From positions 21,042 to 85,041 of the forward strand of contig JBBRLQ010000032.1 of the NCBI GenBank assembly GCA_038231275.1: a stretch of DNA of 64,000 bases, read 5' to 3'. Positions 1-8,823 of the stretch are shown in pieces. The notes under the pieces are model-generated. The model saw nothing but the letters and a program-made list of their open reading frames with translations, was not told the origin of the DNA and made no database searches. Made by a program: the position numbers and the translations under genes. Position 1 is the first letter of the stretch, and every line of letters starts with the position of its first letter. The stretch is from Polyangiales bacterium. Its GTDB lineage: Bacteria > Myxococcota_A > Polyangia > Polyangiales > Polyangiaceae.

Positions 1-2904
1 TTTGTAGAGCGGCTCGGTCGACGCGTACACAGTCGGCATCACCGCCTTGTTCACCGGCTCGAAGAGATCGTCACCGACGACGCGGAAGTGCAAGTGGCCC
101 TGGACGATGCGGGCCTTTTCGCCGCCTTGCGCCTTGGCGTGCTCGGCCTGGAACGTGTCCTTGATGCCGTTTTTCTCGTTCACGTAGTCGCGTCCGCCCG
201 ACACCTGGCCGGTCAGGTACTTCTTGTCGGTCGGCGTTGCCCCTTGCTGCAAGTCGAGCAGGTGACCGTCGGTGAGCGCGATGTCCATGCGCGCGTTGAA
301 GACCTCGTTGGTGGTCCCCAGGATCTTCACGGCCGCAGTCGCGTAGTTGCCGGCCCAGTACGTGAAGTTGTCGGAGTTCCCATCCGGCTTGTTCGAGTAG
401 CCCGCGTTCTTGTCGGTCGAGAGGTTGCCGAAGCGGAAGCCGCCGCCCGCGCCGTACTCCGCGCCGAAGAGATCGCTGCCGAAGCTCCCGTCGGTCGACG
501 TGATCTGCCCGAGCGCCGGCGTCTTGCCGTCCTCGTCGTACGCCTGCATGGCGATGATCGACGAGACCTCGTCCTGCATCTGCTTGATGATCTCTTTCTC
601 CGCCTCGAGCAGGAGCGCCTCGAACGCCTTCACGCTCTTGCGCGAAGTGTTCCAGTTGTGGCCGGTGCTCTTGATGAGATCGTTCAGCTTGTTCTTGTAC
701 GTGAAGGCGCCCTTGGCGTGCGTGGTGTACCGCTCGCAGCGCTGGGCGTCGGCCTCGCGCGCCCTGTTGATCTCCTTCCGGTAGGCGTGGCTGAAGTCGA
801 TGAGGCGGCTCGGCGACCAGTCGCAGCCGTTCTGGCTCGCGCCGAAGCACCCGAGCTCTGCGCCGGCGCCGAGCTGCTCGTAGACGAGCGCGTCGATCGC
901 CTCGAGCTTCGGGAGGATGTGCGTCTTCAGCGCCGTCGCGACGGTCTGCGCCTCGCCCGCCGACAGCGCCGGCGGCATGAACTGGATCGCGTTCGGATCG
1001 GCGGGGACTCCGGTCCCTTGAAAGAGCTTCGCGATGCCGAACTGAACGCACTGCACCTCGGCGTCGTGCGCGGACCGAACGAATGCCGCGTGCCGATCGG
1101 CGTTGATTTTGGGCAGATCGGCCTTGTACTGCGTCGCCGCGTCGAGATCCGACTTCACGTGCGCCGCCCGCACCTGCATCTCGCCCGCGGTGACCGGCAA
1201 CGGCCTCACCGGGCACCCGATCTGCGAGTGGCACGATAGACCATAGAACACGAACGGGCCGTACTCGCCGTTCGGGCTGTACTGCACGGCCCACCCGGTG
1301 TTCGGCAGCGAGGGCCCGGTGAAGATCGTCTTCGCCTTGGTGATGGGATCGCTCATCTCCCACCCGCGGCTGATGCCCGCCTGGACGAGGATGGGATCGA
1401 CCTCGTCGTACCACTTCTTGGTGTAAGGCAGCGTCGCGTCGCCGGTCAGGAGCGCAGAGTACGTGATGAGCTTGGTGTAGATGTTCTGCTGCGCCGAGGT
1501 GTTCGGCGGTGGAAGGGGCAAGGGCTCGGTCTGCTTGCGGCAGGTGGTGCCGACGTTGCGGATGAAGGTCGTGATCTCGTTCCGCCGCGCGAGCAGGGTC
1601 TGCAGATCCTGTTGGCGGTCGTACCGGATCCGGAGCTCCTCGTCGGTGTAGTGGCCCGGGCGATCCTCCGCGTCCGTCTCCCAGAGCGCGCCGTTCCTTT
1701 GCTGGTGCCAGGCGAACGTCTCGTTGATCGTGGGGCTGTCCTTCGCCGTGAACGGCCGGCGCGTGAAGAGCTCCTGGTTGAAGAAGATTTCGCTCTTCTT
1801 CTGGTAGTCGTCGAACGCCGTGATGATCGGCGGATAATTGAGGACGTCGGGGAGGCCGAGCGAGGGGAAGCGGAGCGCCTTTCCGATCTGCGATTTGGCG
1901 TACGGATCCCAATCGTAGAACGTCCGCGAGAAGCCGGCGGCGGCCTGGAGGAACGCGTTGCGCGGCTCCTTGATCGGCGTGAACGGCAGCGGCGCGGCCG
2001 GCGTGACGACGATGTTGCCCAACACGTCCTCGGCGGCGGTCGACGCGGTCGTGGAGACCTGGCCCTCGGAGTCCCTGACCTCCGCCTTCGCGACGATCGA
2101 CGCCCACTTCGGCGAGAAGACGAGATCGTAGGTCTTGCGTGGATCGCGCTGGTTGGCGCTGACGTCGTCGTCGAACTGCGTGAGCGAGAGGTACTTGCGC
2201 GCAGCGTACTCGTCGCAGCTGTCGATGAGACCGCCGACGTCGCCGCTCGCGGAGAGCTGCGTGATGCGCGGGAGCTTCTTCAGCGCGGCCTGCATGTGGG
2301 TCAGCTTTGGCGGACGTCCGCCGATCGCCGAGGCCACCGCGAGGCGCGCCGCGGGATGGGCGAGGCGCGTCGCGAAGGCGTGGTCCATCCCGCCGACCTT
2401 GACCTTGGCCGGATCGTATTTGACGAAGCCGGTCTGCTTCGAGTCGGTGCCGAGCGAGCGGCGTGACGGGACGACGCGGCGCGCCTTGGGCACCGCCTCG
2501 AGCTCCGCTTTGTGGGCTTGGTAGAACGCCTGGCCGCAGTTGCTCCCGGTCGGCGGGCTCGCCGCGCACGCGTCGAGCTCCTTCCACGATTTGCACGCCG
2601 GCGCCGCGTTCGGGCAGCGCGTGGCGAAGGTCGGATCGGCACACGCCGTCTTTTCGTAGTTCTGGCACGAATCGACGATGGCGCCGGGCGCGCGAACTTT
2701 CGGCCCACGCCCGCCCGGCGGAGGGCTCCTGCCCACGCGCGAGTCCCACGTTTGCGGCAGGCCCGTCTTCGCGTCGAGGACGCGCAGATCGCCGGGTGCT
2801 GCGCTGGCGTCGGTCGCGACGGCGAACCCGCCCGCGCAGGCCGCGGTGACGGAGGCCAGCCAGAGGTGTCGCCAGGTCGGCCGCCGCGCGTGACTTCGTG
2901 TCAT
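1..2904 (-). CDS. Large secreted Cys-containing protein of unknown function (>968 aa, runs off the left edge; absent from the ORF track)
   Basis: ATG at 2904 with GAGGAG 4 nt upstream. N-terminus MTRSHARRPTWRHLWLASVTAACAGGFAVATDASA looks like a signal peptide. No stop seen in the stretches I read, and G/C third positions are strong (...GHLHFRVVGDDLFEPVNKAVMPTVYASTEPLYK at the edge). The + ORFs 88, 1612 and 2512 are its antisense mirror. Confidence 0.9.
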   Translation of the reverse strand, partial: MTRSHARRPTWRHLWLASVTAACAGGFAVATDASAAPGDLRVLDAKTGLPQTWDSRVGRSPPPGGRGPKVRAPGAIVDSCQNYEKTACADPTFATRCPNAAPACKSWKELDACAASPPTGSNCGQAFYQAHKAELEAVPKARRVVPSRRSLGTDSKQTGFVKYDPAKVKVGGMDHAFATRLAHPAARLAVASAIGGRPPKLTHMQAALKKLPRITQLSASGDVGGLIDSCDEYAARKYLSLTQFDDDVSANQRDPRKTYDLVFSPKWASIVAKAEVRDSEGQVSTTASTAAEDVLGNIVVTPAAPLPFTPIKEPRNAFLQAAAGFSRTFYDWDPYAKSQIGKALRFPSLGLPDVLNYPPIITAFDDYQKKSEIFFNQELFTRRPFTAKDSPTINETFAWHQQRNGALWETDAEDRPGHYTDEELRIRYDRQQDLQTLLARRNEITTFIRNVGTTCRKQTEPLPLPPPNTSAQQNIYTKLITYSALLTGDATLPYTKKWYDEVDPILVQAGISRGWEMSDPITKAKTIFTGPSLPNTGWAVQYSPNGEYGPFVFYGLSCHSQIGCPVRPLPVTAGEMQVRAAHVKSDLDAATQYKADLPKINADRHAAFVRSAHDAEVQCVQFGIAKLFQGTGVPADPNAIQFMPPALSAGEAQTVATALKTHILPKLEAIDALVYEQLGAGAELGCFGASQNGCDWSPSRLIDFSHAYRKEINRAREADAQRCERYTTHAKGAFTYKNKLNDLIKSTGHNWNTSRKSVKAFEALLLEAEKEIIKQMQDEVSSIIAMQAYDEDGKTPALGQITSTDGSFGSDLFGAEYGAGGGFRFGNLSTDKNAGYSNKPDGNSDNFTYWAGNYATAAVKILGTTNEVFNARMDIALTDGHLLDLQQGATPTDKKYLTGQVSGGRDYVNEKNGIKDTFQAEHAKAQGGEKARIVQGHLHFRVVGDDLFEPVNKAVMPTVYASTEPLYK

Positions 2905-2961
2905 GAATCTCCTCGACCCTCGCCGGCGTCGTGCCTGCGAGTCGTGCAAACGGCTCGCTAG

Positions 2962-2977
2962 AGCAAGGCCGGTGCCG
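2962..2977 (-). promoter_or_regulatory. Putative sigma-54 (-24/-12) promoter
   Basis: Minus strand reads CGGCACCGGCCTTGCT, with exact GG-N10-GC spacing, about 60 nt upstream of the 2904 start. Confidence 0.6.
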
Positions 2978-3043
2978 CGCGACGATTTCCTGCGTTTCGG
3001 TGCCGCGAGGGTCGTTCAGTGCGCTCGAAGTGAATCGCGTGCG

Positions 3044-3556
3044 CTAGCGATCGCGCACGATCGCCCGACGGGACCGCCGGCGTGACACGAGCAACAAGAG
3101 GAGGAGGGCGCCTGCGCCTCGGAGGGAGCCGGCGTCGGCATCGGTGGTTGCGCAGCCCGCACATCCGCCGCGTGCACGCTCGGCGGGTGGAGCCGCAGAC
3201 GCCTGGACCACCGGAGCGGGCAGCGGCGCCGGCGACTCGAGGCGAGGCCGCTCCGCGGCGCACATGGGGCACGCCTCGCGCACACGGCGTCGCGCGTCGT
3301 CGACCTTGCCGCGCGCGTCGTCGCACGCGGGACCGGGGGAGAGCACGCAAATGCGATCGGCGGCGCGCTGCATGGATCCGAGCGCGCGGCACGCCACCGC
3401 GCAGTCGCTGGTGGAGAGCGCCGCGTAGTCCTGCGCGAGCTGACGCGTCAGATCGTCGCGTTCACGCGCTTCGCCCTCGGCCGACGTCGGCGCCGCCACC
3501 GCGCCCGCCGAAGAGAGGAAGAGAAAGGACCCTACGAGCCACCCCGCGCCGCGCAT
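3044..3556 (-). CDS. Small secreted Cys-rich protein with MYXO-CTERM-like C-terminal sorting signal
   Basis: Signal peptide; Cys-spaced helical core; C-terminus GGCAGCA...AGALLLLLLVSRRRSRR. Confidence 0.75.
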   Translation of the reverse strand: MRGAGWLVGSFLFLSSAGAVAAPTSAEGEARERDDLTRQLAQDYAALSTSDCAVACRALGSMQRAADRICVLSPGPACDDARGKVDDARRRVREACPMCAAERPRLESPAPLPAPVVQASAAPPAERARGGCAGCATTDADAGSLRGAGALLLLLLVSRRRSRRAIVRDR

Positions 3557-3568
3557 CCAACGAGTTCA

Positions 3569-4348
3569 TCACTCTGCCGGCGAAAAGACGAGCGGATAGA
3601 CGACCCACACCATCTTGTCGCCCGACGCGGAGAACGAGAGGTTCATGAATCCACGGACGACGCACGCGACCACGTCGGCGTCTCCGAGATCGGATCCTGC
3701 GTCAGACGCGCGCGTCACCGTGCCAGTCCCGTCGATCACGAACTTGACGGCGACGCGGCCCGCGAGCCTCGGGCGACGGCGAAGCCCCGCCTCGTAGCAG
3801 ACGCGGAAGCCCCCGTAGTGGGCGGTGACGACGCGCTTGATCGTCTCACCGGGCACGCGGCCGATCGACCTCGCGCCGGGCAGGCGCGCCATGACGTGCG
3901 CGCGACTCGTTCGCGGATGGCCGTCGAACGCGTCCAGATCGAACGCCGCGTCTCCTTTTCCGATCGTCGAGACGGTGGCGAGCGGCGCGGCCGGTCCGTC
4001 GTCCTCGTCGTCGTGATCGCGCACTTCGATCGGCCCATCGACGATGGATGAGGCCCACGGCACTGCGCCGGCCGGAGGGTCACGGCTCCACGGGCTCGGT
4101 TTCACCTTCGCCGCGCCATCGCGGCTGGACGACAGGAGGGCGAGCATTCCAAACGCCGCGATCTCCCGCTTGAGCTCCGCGCGGAATCGCGCTTTCGCCT
4201 CCTTCTCGGCAGCCTCATTCGCCGCGGTCTCGGTCGCCGAGAGAGGTCCGCTCTTGGCCGCCGCGGCGTCGTCGGCGCGCGCGATGCCGGGTGAGAGCAC
4301 CAGCGCGCAGATCAGCGCGCACGACGTCGGCGAAGACGCGAGGGTCAT
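3569..4348 (-). CDS. AgmX/PglI C-terminal (TonB_C-like) domain secreted protein
   Basis: IKRVVTAHYGGFRVCYEAGLRRRPRLAGRVAVKFVIDGTG...VVACVVRGFMNLSF...VVYPLVF; N-terminal signal peptide. Confidence 0.8.
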   Translation of the reverse strand: MTLASSPTSCALICALVLSPGIARADDAAAAKSGPLSATETAANEAAEKEAKARFRAELKREIAAFGMLALLSSSRDGAAKVKPSPWSRDPPAGAVPWASSIVDGPIEVRDHDDEDDGPAAPLATVSTIGKGDAAFDLDAFDGHPRTSRAHVMARLPGARSIGRVPGETIKRVVTAHYGGFRVCYEAGLRRRPRLAGRVAVKFVIDGTGTVTRASDAGSDLGDADVVACVVRGFMNLSFSASGDKMVWVVYPLVFSPAE

Positions 4349-4359
4349 GCATGGGCCAT

Positions 4360-4375
4360 CGCAATCGGCGTGCCC
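4360..4375 (-). promoter_or_regulatory. Putative sigma-54 promoter
   Basis: Minus strand GGGCACGCCGATTGCG (GG-N10-GC) just upstream of the 4348 start. Confidence 0.55.
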
Positions 4376-4517
4376 TGGCCATTCGCATGCCGGTCAGGTG
4401 TTTGCGGCGAAGTGACGGAGGGTGGTGCGGGGCGCGCGCGCATGTGAATTGCCCCGTGCCGGGACGTCAGAGGAGCACGTGAGGGCTTCGAGTCGCCGAT
4501 CGCTGGGAAAATGGCAG

Positions 4518-4533
4518 TGGCGCGACGGTTGCA
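4518..4533 (+). promoter_or_regulatory. Putative sigma-54 promoter
   Basis: TGGCGCGACGGTTGCA (GG-N10-GC) upstream of the AAGGAGG RBS and the 4567 start. Confidence 0.6.
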
Positions 4534-4566
4534 CTTTGCAATCGAGAACGAAGAAGGAGGCCCCCC

Positions 4567-4833
4567 GTGCTTCGCAGATCCCCGCTCGTCGGCGTCGGCG
4601 TCATCGCCGTCGCGCTCGCCCTCGCGGCGTGCACCAGCAGCTATCACCCCGAGTATCACCCCGTGTCGGTGAACAACGTCTCGCAGGACATCTCGTACCC
4701 CGTGGTCGTCAACGGCGGCGCCAGCCAAGGCGCGCGACCGGTGTACGTCGTGCCGGGCAGTCCTGGCGGCGGTCCGCCGATGGCGCCACCGCCGATGCCG
4801 CCGCCGCCGCCCGGTTTCTTCAACCCCGAGTGA
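4567..4833 (+). CDS. Small Pro-rich lipoprotein with HPEYHP motif
   Basis: AGGAGG RBS; lipobox LAAC; CTSSYHPEYHP; poly-Pro tail. Confidence 0.75.
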   Translation: MLRRSPLVGVGVIAVALALAACTSSYHPEYHPVSVNNVSQDISYPVVVNGGASQGARPVYVVPGSPGGGPPMAPPPMPPPPPGFFNPE

Positions 4834-4843
4834 GGTGCGCGAC

Positions 4844-5341
4844 ATGCGACGCAGCGTCGGCGTCTCGTACGGCGCGAGCGCGAGCGCGTGCGCGTGCGTC
4901 CTCTTCGCGTCGGCGTGCACACACGAGGTCCATCCCGAGTACCACCCCGAGGCGCGGTACTCGTACGTCCAAAATGTGACGTACGCCGAGAACGCGTGGA
5001 TCGCTCCACCGTCCTCGGCAGGCTCGCCTGGCGTCGCGCCGAGCCTCGAGTCGTCGTACGCGCTCGGCGCCGGAGGCGACACGTGCGAGGGGGGTCGCGC
5101 GCAAGCGTGCTGGCGCGAATGCTTCAAGGACGCCACCGGCGAGTCCTGCGCGCGCCTCGCCGACATGTTCGCGCGCGGCGACGGCGTCACGCGGAGCCCC
5201 GACAACGCGCGCCGCCTCGCGCAACGCGCCTGCGATCTCGGCACCTGTGGTCAGCGGCGCCCCGCCGCAGGGGTCGTCAGCTCGCCGGGCACGGTGATCG
5301 TCTACGGTGACTTCAACGGCAACGTCGTCCTCGGGCGCTGA
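4844..5341 (+). CDS. Lipoprotein with HPEYHP motif and a Sel1-like repeat
   Basis: GAGGTG RBS; ASAC lipobox; CTHEVHPEYHP; SCARLADMFARGDGVTRSPDNARRLAQRACDLG resembles Sel1/SLR. Confidence 0.7.
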   Translation: MRRSVGVSYGASASACACVLFASACTHEVHPEYHPEARYSYVQNVTYAENAWIAPPSSAGSPGVAPSLESSYALGAGGDTCEGGRAQACWRECFKDATGESCARLADMFARGDGVTRSPDNARRLAQRACDLGTCGQRRPAAGVVSSPGTVIVYGDFNGNVVLGR

Positions 5342-5365
5342 ATCGCCCCCACACGCGACAGCGAT

Positions 5366-6205
5366 TCAGCGAAGGACCTGGCCGACGACGACCTCGACGC
5401 GATCGCGATGACGGAGCCGCCCGCCCTCTTCGGCGACATGCCCGACCGCCGGGAGGTCCGCGCCGAGGAAGCGACGCCCGTGCGCCGCGAAGACCGCGGG
5501 ATCGCCGCTGCACAGGACGCGAAGGGCACCATCGCCAGGCGTGTCATAGTGCGGATGCCGGACGAGCCACTCGCGGAGGCGCGCGGCGAGGTAGGGCGCC
5601 GGGTCGAGGACCTTTGCGCGCGTCGCTCGCTCGAAGGCCGCAGCGAGGAGCGGGTAATGCGTGCACCCGAGGAGCAGTGTGTCGACGTCCTCGAGCCCCT
5701 CCATGTAACGCGCGACCGCTTGCCGTGCGATGTCGGTGTCCTCCCAGCCCTCTTCGACGAGTGGCGCGAGCAAGGGCGCGGCGCGCTGCGTGACCTTGTG
5801 CGTTCCCAGCTTCCGGATCTCCGTCTCGAACGTCCCCGACGCGACCGTGCGCGCGGTTCCGATCACGCCGATGTGACCCGCGCTCGCCGCGACCGCGACC
5901 TCTGCTGCCGGGATCGTCACGCCGAGCACACGCCGCGCGTCGCCCGGTCCGGCGTAGCGCGCTTGCAGATGGCGAAGCGCGACGCACGAGACCGTGTTGC
6001 ATGCGACGACGACGAGGCGGCACCCCTCCTCGAACAAACGCTCGGTGCACTGCTCGGCGAAATCGAGCAGGGTGCTCGTGTCGCGCCCGCCATACGGCGC
6101 GCGCCCCGAGTCGCCGAGGTAGATGAAATCGCGCTCCGGCAGCGCAGCGCGCAGCTGACGAAGGACCGTGAGCCCGCCGAAGCCCGAGTCGTAGACGCCG
6201 ATCAT
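5366..6205 (-). CDS. murI: Glutamate racemase
   Basis: IGVYDSGFGGLTV, DSGRAPYG, VACNT and LLGCTHYP motifs. Confidence 0.97.
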   Translation of the reverse strand: MIGVYDSGFGGLTVLRQLRAALPERDFIYLGDSGRAPYGGRDTSTLLDFAEQCTERLFEEGCRLVVVACNTVSCVALRHLQARYAGPGDARRVLGVTIPAAEVAVAASAGHIGVIGTARTVASGTFETEIRKLGTHKVTQRAAPLLAPLVEEGWEDTDIARQAVARYMEGLEDVDTLLLGCTHYPLLAAAFERATRAKVLDPAPYLAARLREWLVRHPHYDTPGDGALRVLCSGDPAVFAAHGRRFLGADLPAVGHVAEEGGRLRHRDRVEVVVGQVLR

Positions 6206-6235
6206 GTGCCGATCATCGAAATCTTACGAGACGCG

Positions 6236-7237
6236 TCATCGAATCCACAGCTTGGTGTCGCCGGTCTGTGAGAGACCGCCCTTGGGCTCGGTGGTGTCCT
6301 TCACGCCGGCCCATCCGCCGCCGTTGCCGTTGCACGAAGTCTGTCCCGACTGGGTCCCGCCGTAGTACGCGCCACGCCCGACCCAGCTCGCGCTATTGCA
6401 CCCGCAGCCCGTGTTGTTGTCGTCGAGCGGCACGACCGCCCAGCTCGTGTCGCCGGGCTTGATGTTGTTGTCGTGGGTCGCGACGCAGAGCTTGCCGCCG
6501 CCCGCCGAGCTCAGCCACCCCGACAGACGCGCGTCGTTCGTCGAGGTCTGAAGCAGAGGGACTGCGGTGTTCACGACGTTCGCGAAGAGATCGAAGCTGC
6601 CCGGACGGGTGAAGCGCACGTACGACGTGGCCCAGTCGACCCACACGTCCGTGTAGAGGCCGAGGAAGCGAACCCCGATGAGCCCCGATTGTCCGCCCGT
6701 CGCGATCGCGTTGGTGTTGCCGGTGTCGACGTCGAGGAAGCGGAACGTCCCCATTCCGCCGCTGATTTCTCGCCCGATCAGCGTCCAGCCGCCGCCGTCG
6801 ATGGTCATGTCGCACCAGACTTGGAAGGGCGCCTTCGGCCCCACGCCGTCGGGGTCTACGGTGTAGAGCCCGCTCGTGACGGGCGGCGGCGTCGTCGCGA
6901 GGATCTGCCTGCAGGTCGCCGCCGGCGGACAGCCTCCGACCGGGCACGCGTCGAACGGCGTCGTGTCGGTGGCGACGTCTTTGAGCGGTGCGTCGGCGGC
7001 AACGGCGCCATCGTCGGCGTCGAAGTCAGAGGCCCCGTCGCCCCCGGCGTCTACTAGAGGAGTCGTCCGGTCGACCGGAGCGTCGGTGGACACCCCGGGA
7101 CCCGCGTCGTCGGGTCCGTCGCCGGTACCCACGAGATCGAGCCCGCACGCGCCTGCCGACGAGAAGAAAAGAAGGGCCAGCGGCGGGAGGAGGACTGCCG
7201 CGCGACTGTGGCTCGCTTCTTTCGCTCTTCGGCGCAT
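6236..7237 (-). CDS. Lipoprotein with fibrinogen-like (YCDxxxxGGGW) domain
   Basis: Lipobox AGAC; TCRQI...SGLYTVDPDG...VWCDMTIDGGGWTLI. Confidence 0.8.
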   Translation of the reverse strand: MRRRAKEASHSRAAVLLPPLALLFFSSAGACGLDLVGTGDGPDDAGPGVSTDAPVDRTTPLVDAGGDGASDFDADDGAVAADAPLKDVATDTTPFDACPVGGCPPAATCRQILATTPPPVTSGLYTVDPDGVGPKAPFQVWCDMTIDGGGWTLIGREISGGMGTFRFLDVDTGNTNAIATGGQSGLIGVRFLGLYTDVWVDWATSYVRFTRPGSFDLFANVVNTAVPLLQTSTNDARLSGWLSSAGGGKLCVATHDNNIKPGDTSWAVVPLDDNNTGCGCNSASWVGRGAYYGGTQSGQTSCNGNGGGWAGVKDTTEPKGGLSQTGDTKLWIR

Positions 7238-7366
7238 ACGGCGTGTCCCATTCTAGCGCGTGGTCGCGCGATTCGATGGGCCCCGGGCGCCAAATGGGTG
7301 CGATTTGTAGGGGGTCCTGCGGTCGGATTTTCAAAATCCGTAACATGTCTCCATAATGGCGCTCCC

Positions 7367-8821
7367 GTGAACGTCCTGTTCGTCACCTCGGAGGTCGCGC
7401 GTTACGCCAAGACCGGCGGCCTCGGTGACGTCGCCGCGGCGCTGCCGACCTACCTGCGCAAGGCCGGTCACGACGTGCGCACGTTCATGCCGCTCTACAA
7501 GACGGTGGACGCGAAGGGGGCGAACGTCGAGCCGCTCTTCCGCGACGTCCCGATCCAGCTCGGCCCGCACCGCTACACGATCGGCGTGTTCGTCGCCGAG
7601 CGGCCTGCCGCCGCGCCCGTCTACCTCGTCGACTGCCCGGCGCTCTACCACCGCCCCGGCCTCTACACCGGCGATCCCGACGAGCACATCCGCTTCCTCG
7701 TCCTCTCGCGCGCCGCCCTCGAGATTTGCCAGCGCATGGGATTTTCTCCCGACGTCGTGCACTGCAACGACTGGCAGACCGCGCTCCTCCCGCTCACGAT
7801 CGACACGCGTTACCGCTGGGACCGCATCTTCGCCAAGACGCGCACGCTCCTCACGATCCATAACATCGGCTACCAGGGCACCGTCGGCCCTCAGGCGATC
7901 GGCGACGCGGGTCTCGCCGACTCCGCCAACCTGTTCCACCAGGACCAGCTCAAAGACGGCCGCGTCAATTTCCTCCTCCACGGCATTCTGTACGCCGACG
8001 GCGTCAGCACCGTCAGCCCCACGTACGCGCGCGAGATCCAGACACCCGAGTACGGCGTCGGTCTCGATGGATTCTTGCGCGCGCGGAGCGGCAGCGTCAT
8101 CGGCATCCTCAACGGCGTCGACTACGACGAGTGGAGCCCCGAGAAGGACACGCTCATCCCGCACCGCTACAGCGCGCAGGATCTGTCCGGCAAGGTGAAC
8201 GACAAGGAGACGCTCCTCACGAAGATGGGCCTCCCGCATGTGCAGGGCGTGCCGGTCATCGGCATCGTCTCGCGCCTCGTCGGGCAGAAGGGCTTCCGCC
8301 TCCTCGAGGGCGTGATGCCCGCGCTCCTCCGGCGCCACCGCGTGCAGCTCACTGTGCTGGGCAGCGGCGAGCGGCGCCTCGAGCGCATGTTCAGCGCATG
8401 GGAGCGCGCGTTCCCGAAGCAGGTCGCGTTCTACCGCGGCTTCTCGAACGAGCTCGCGCACCTCATCGAGGCGGGGGCCGACATGTTCCTCATGCCGTCG
8501 CTCTACGAGCCGTGCGGCCTGAACCAGATGTACAGCCTCCGCTACGGCACCGTCCCGATCGTCCACGCCACCGGAGGCCTCGCCGACTCGGTGAAGCTGT
8601 GGGATCCCGACACCGGCAAGGGCACCGGCATCTCGTTCGCGAACCACGACGCGCGCGCGGTCAAATGGGCGATCGAAGCCGCGCTCACGCTCTACGATGA
8701 CAAAGCCGCGTGGCGGCGCTTGATGCAAAATGGAATGGCCGAGGACTTCTCCTGGGACACCCAGGCGAAGGTGTACGAGCGCGTCTATTCGCGCCTCGTC
8801 GCGGGAGGGGGGAAAGGCTGA
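7367..8821 (+). CDS. glgA: Glycogen/starch synthase (GT5, ADP-glucose type)
   Basis: SEVARYAKTGGLGDV, HCNDWQT, TIHNIGYQG, SRLVGQKG and MPSLYEPCGLNQMYSLRYGT motifs; GTG start at 7367. Confidence 0.96.
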   Translation: MNVLFVTSEVARYAKTGGLGDVAAALPTYLRKAGHDVRTFMPLYKTVDAKGANVEPLFRDVPIQLGPHRYTIGVFVAERPAAAPVYLVDCPALYHRPGLYTGDPDEHIRFLVLSRAALEICQRMGFSPDVVHCNDWQTALLPLTIDTRYRWDRIFAKTRTLLTIHNIGYQGTVGPQAIGDAGLADSANLFHQDQLKDGRVNFLLHGILYADGVSTVSPTYAREIQTPEYGVGLDGFLRARSGSVIGILNGVDYDEWSPEKDTLIPHRYSAQDLSGKVNDKETLLTKMGLPHVQGVPVIGIVSRLVGQKGFRLLEGVMPALLRRHRVQLTVLGSGERRLERMFSAWERAFPKQVAFYRGFSNELAHLIEAGADMFLMPSLYEPCGLNQMYSLRYGTVPIVHATGGLADSVKLWDPDTGKGTGISFANHDARAVKWAIEAALTLYDDKAAWRRLMQNGMAEDFSWDTQAKVYERVYSRLVAGGGKG

Positions 8822-8823
8822 TC

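Noticed and set aside
71..2749. 892-aa minus-strand ORF in the track
   Set aside because: Arg/Gly-rich shadow frame. The real gene is the overlapping frame starting at 2904, which has an RBS and normal codon bias.
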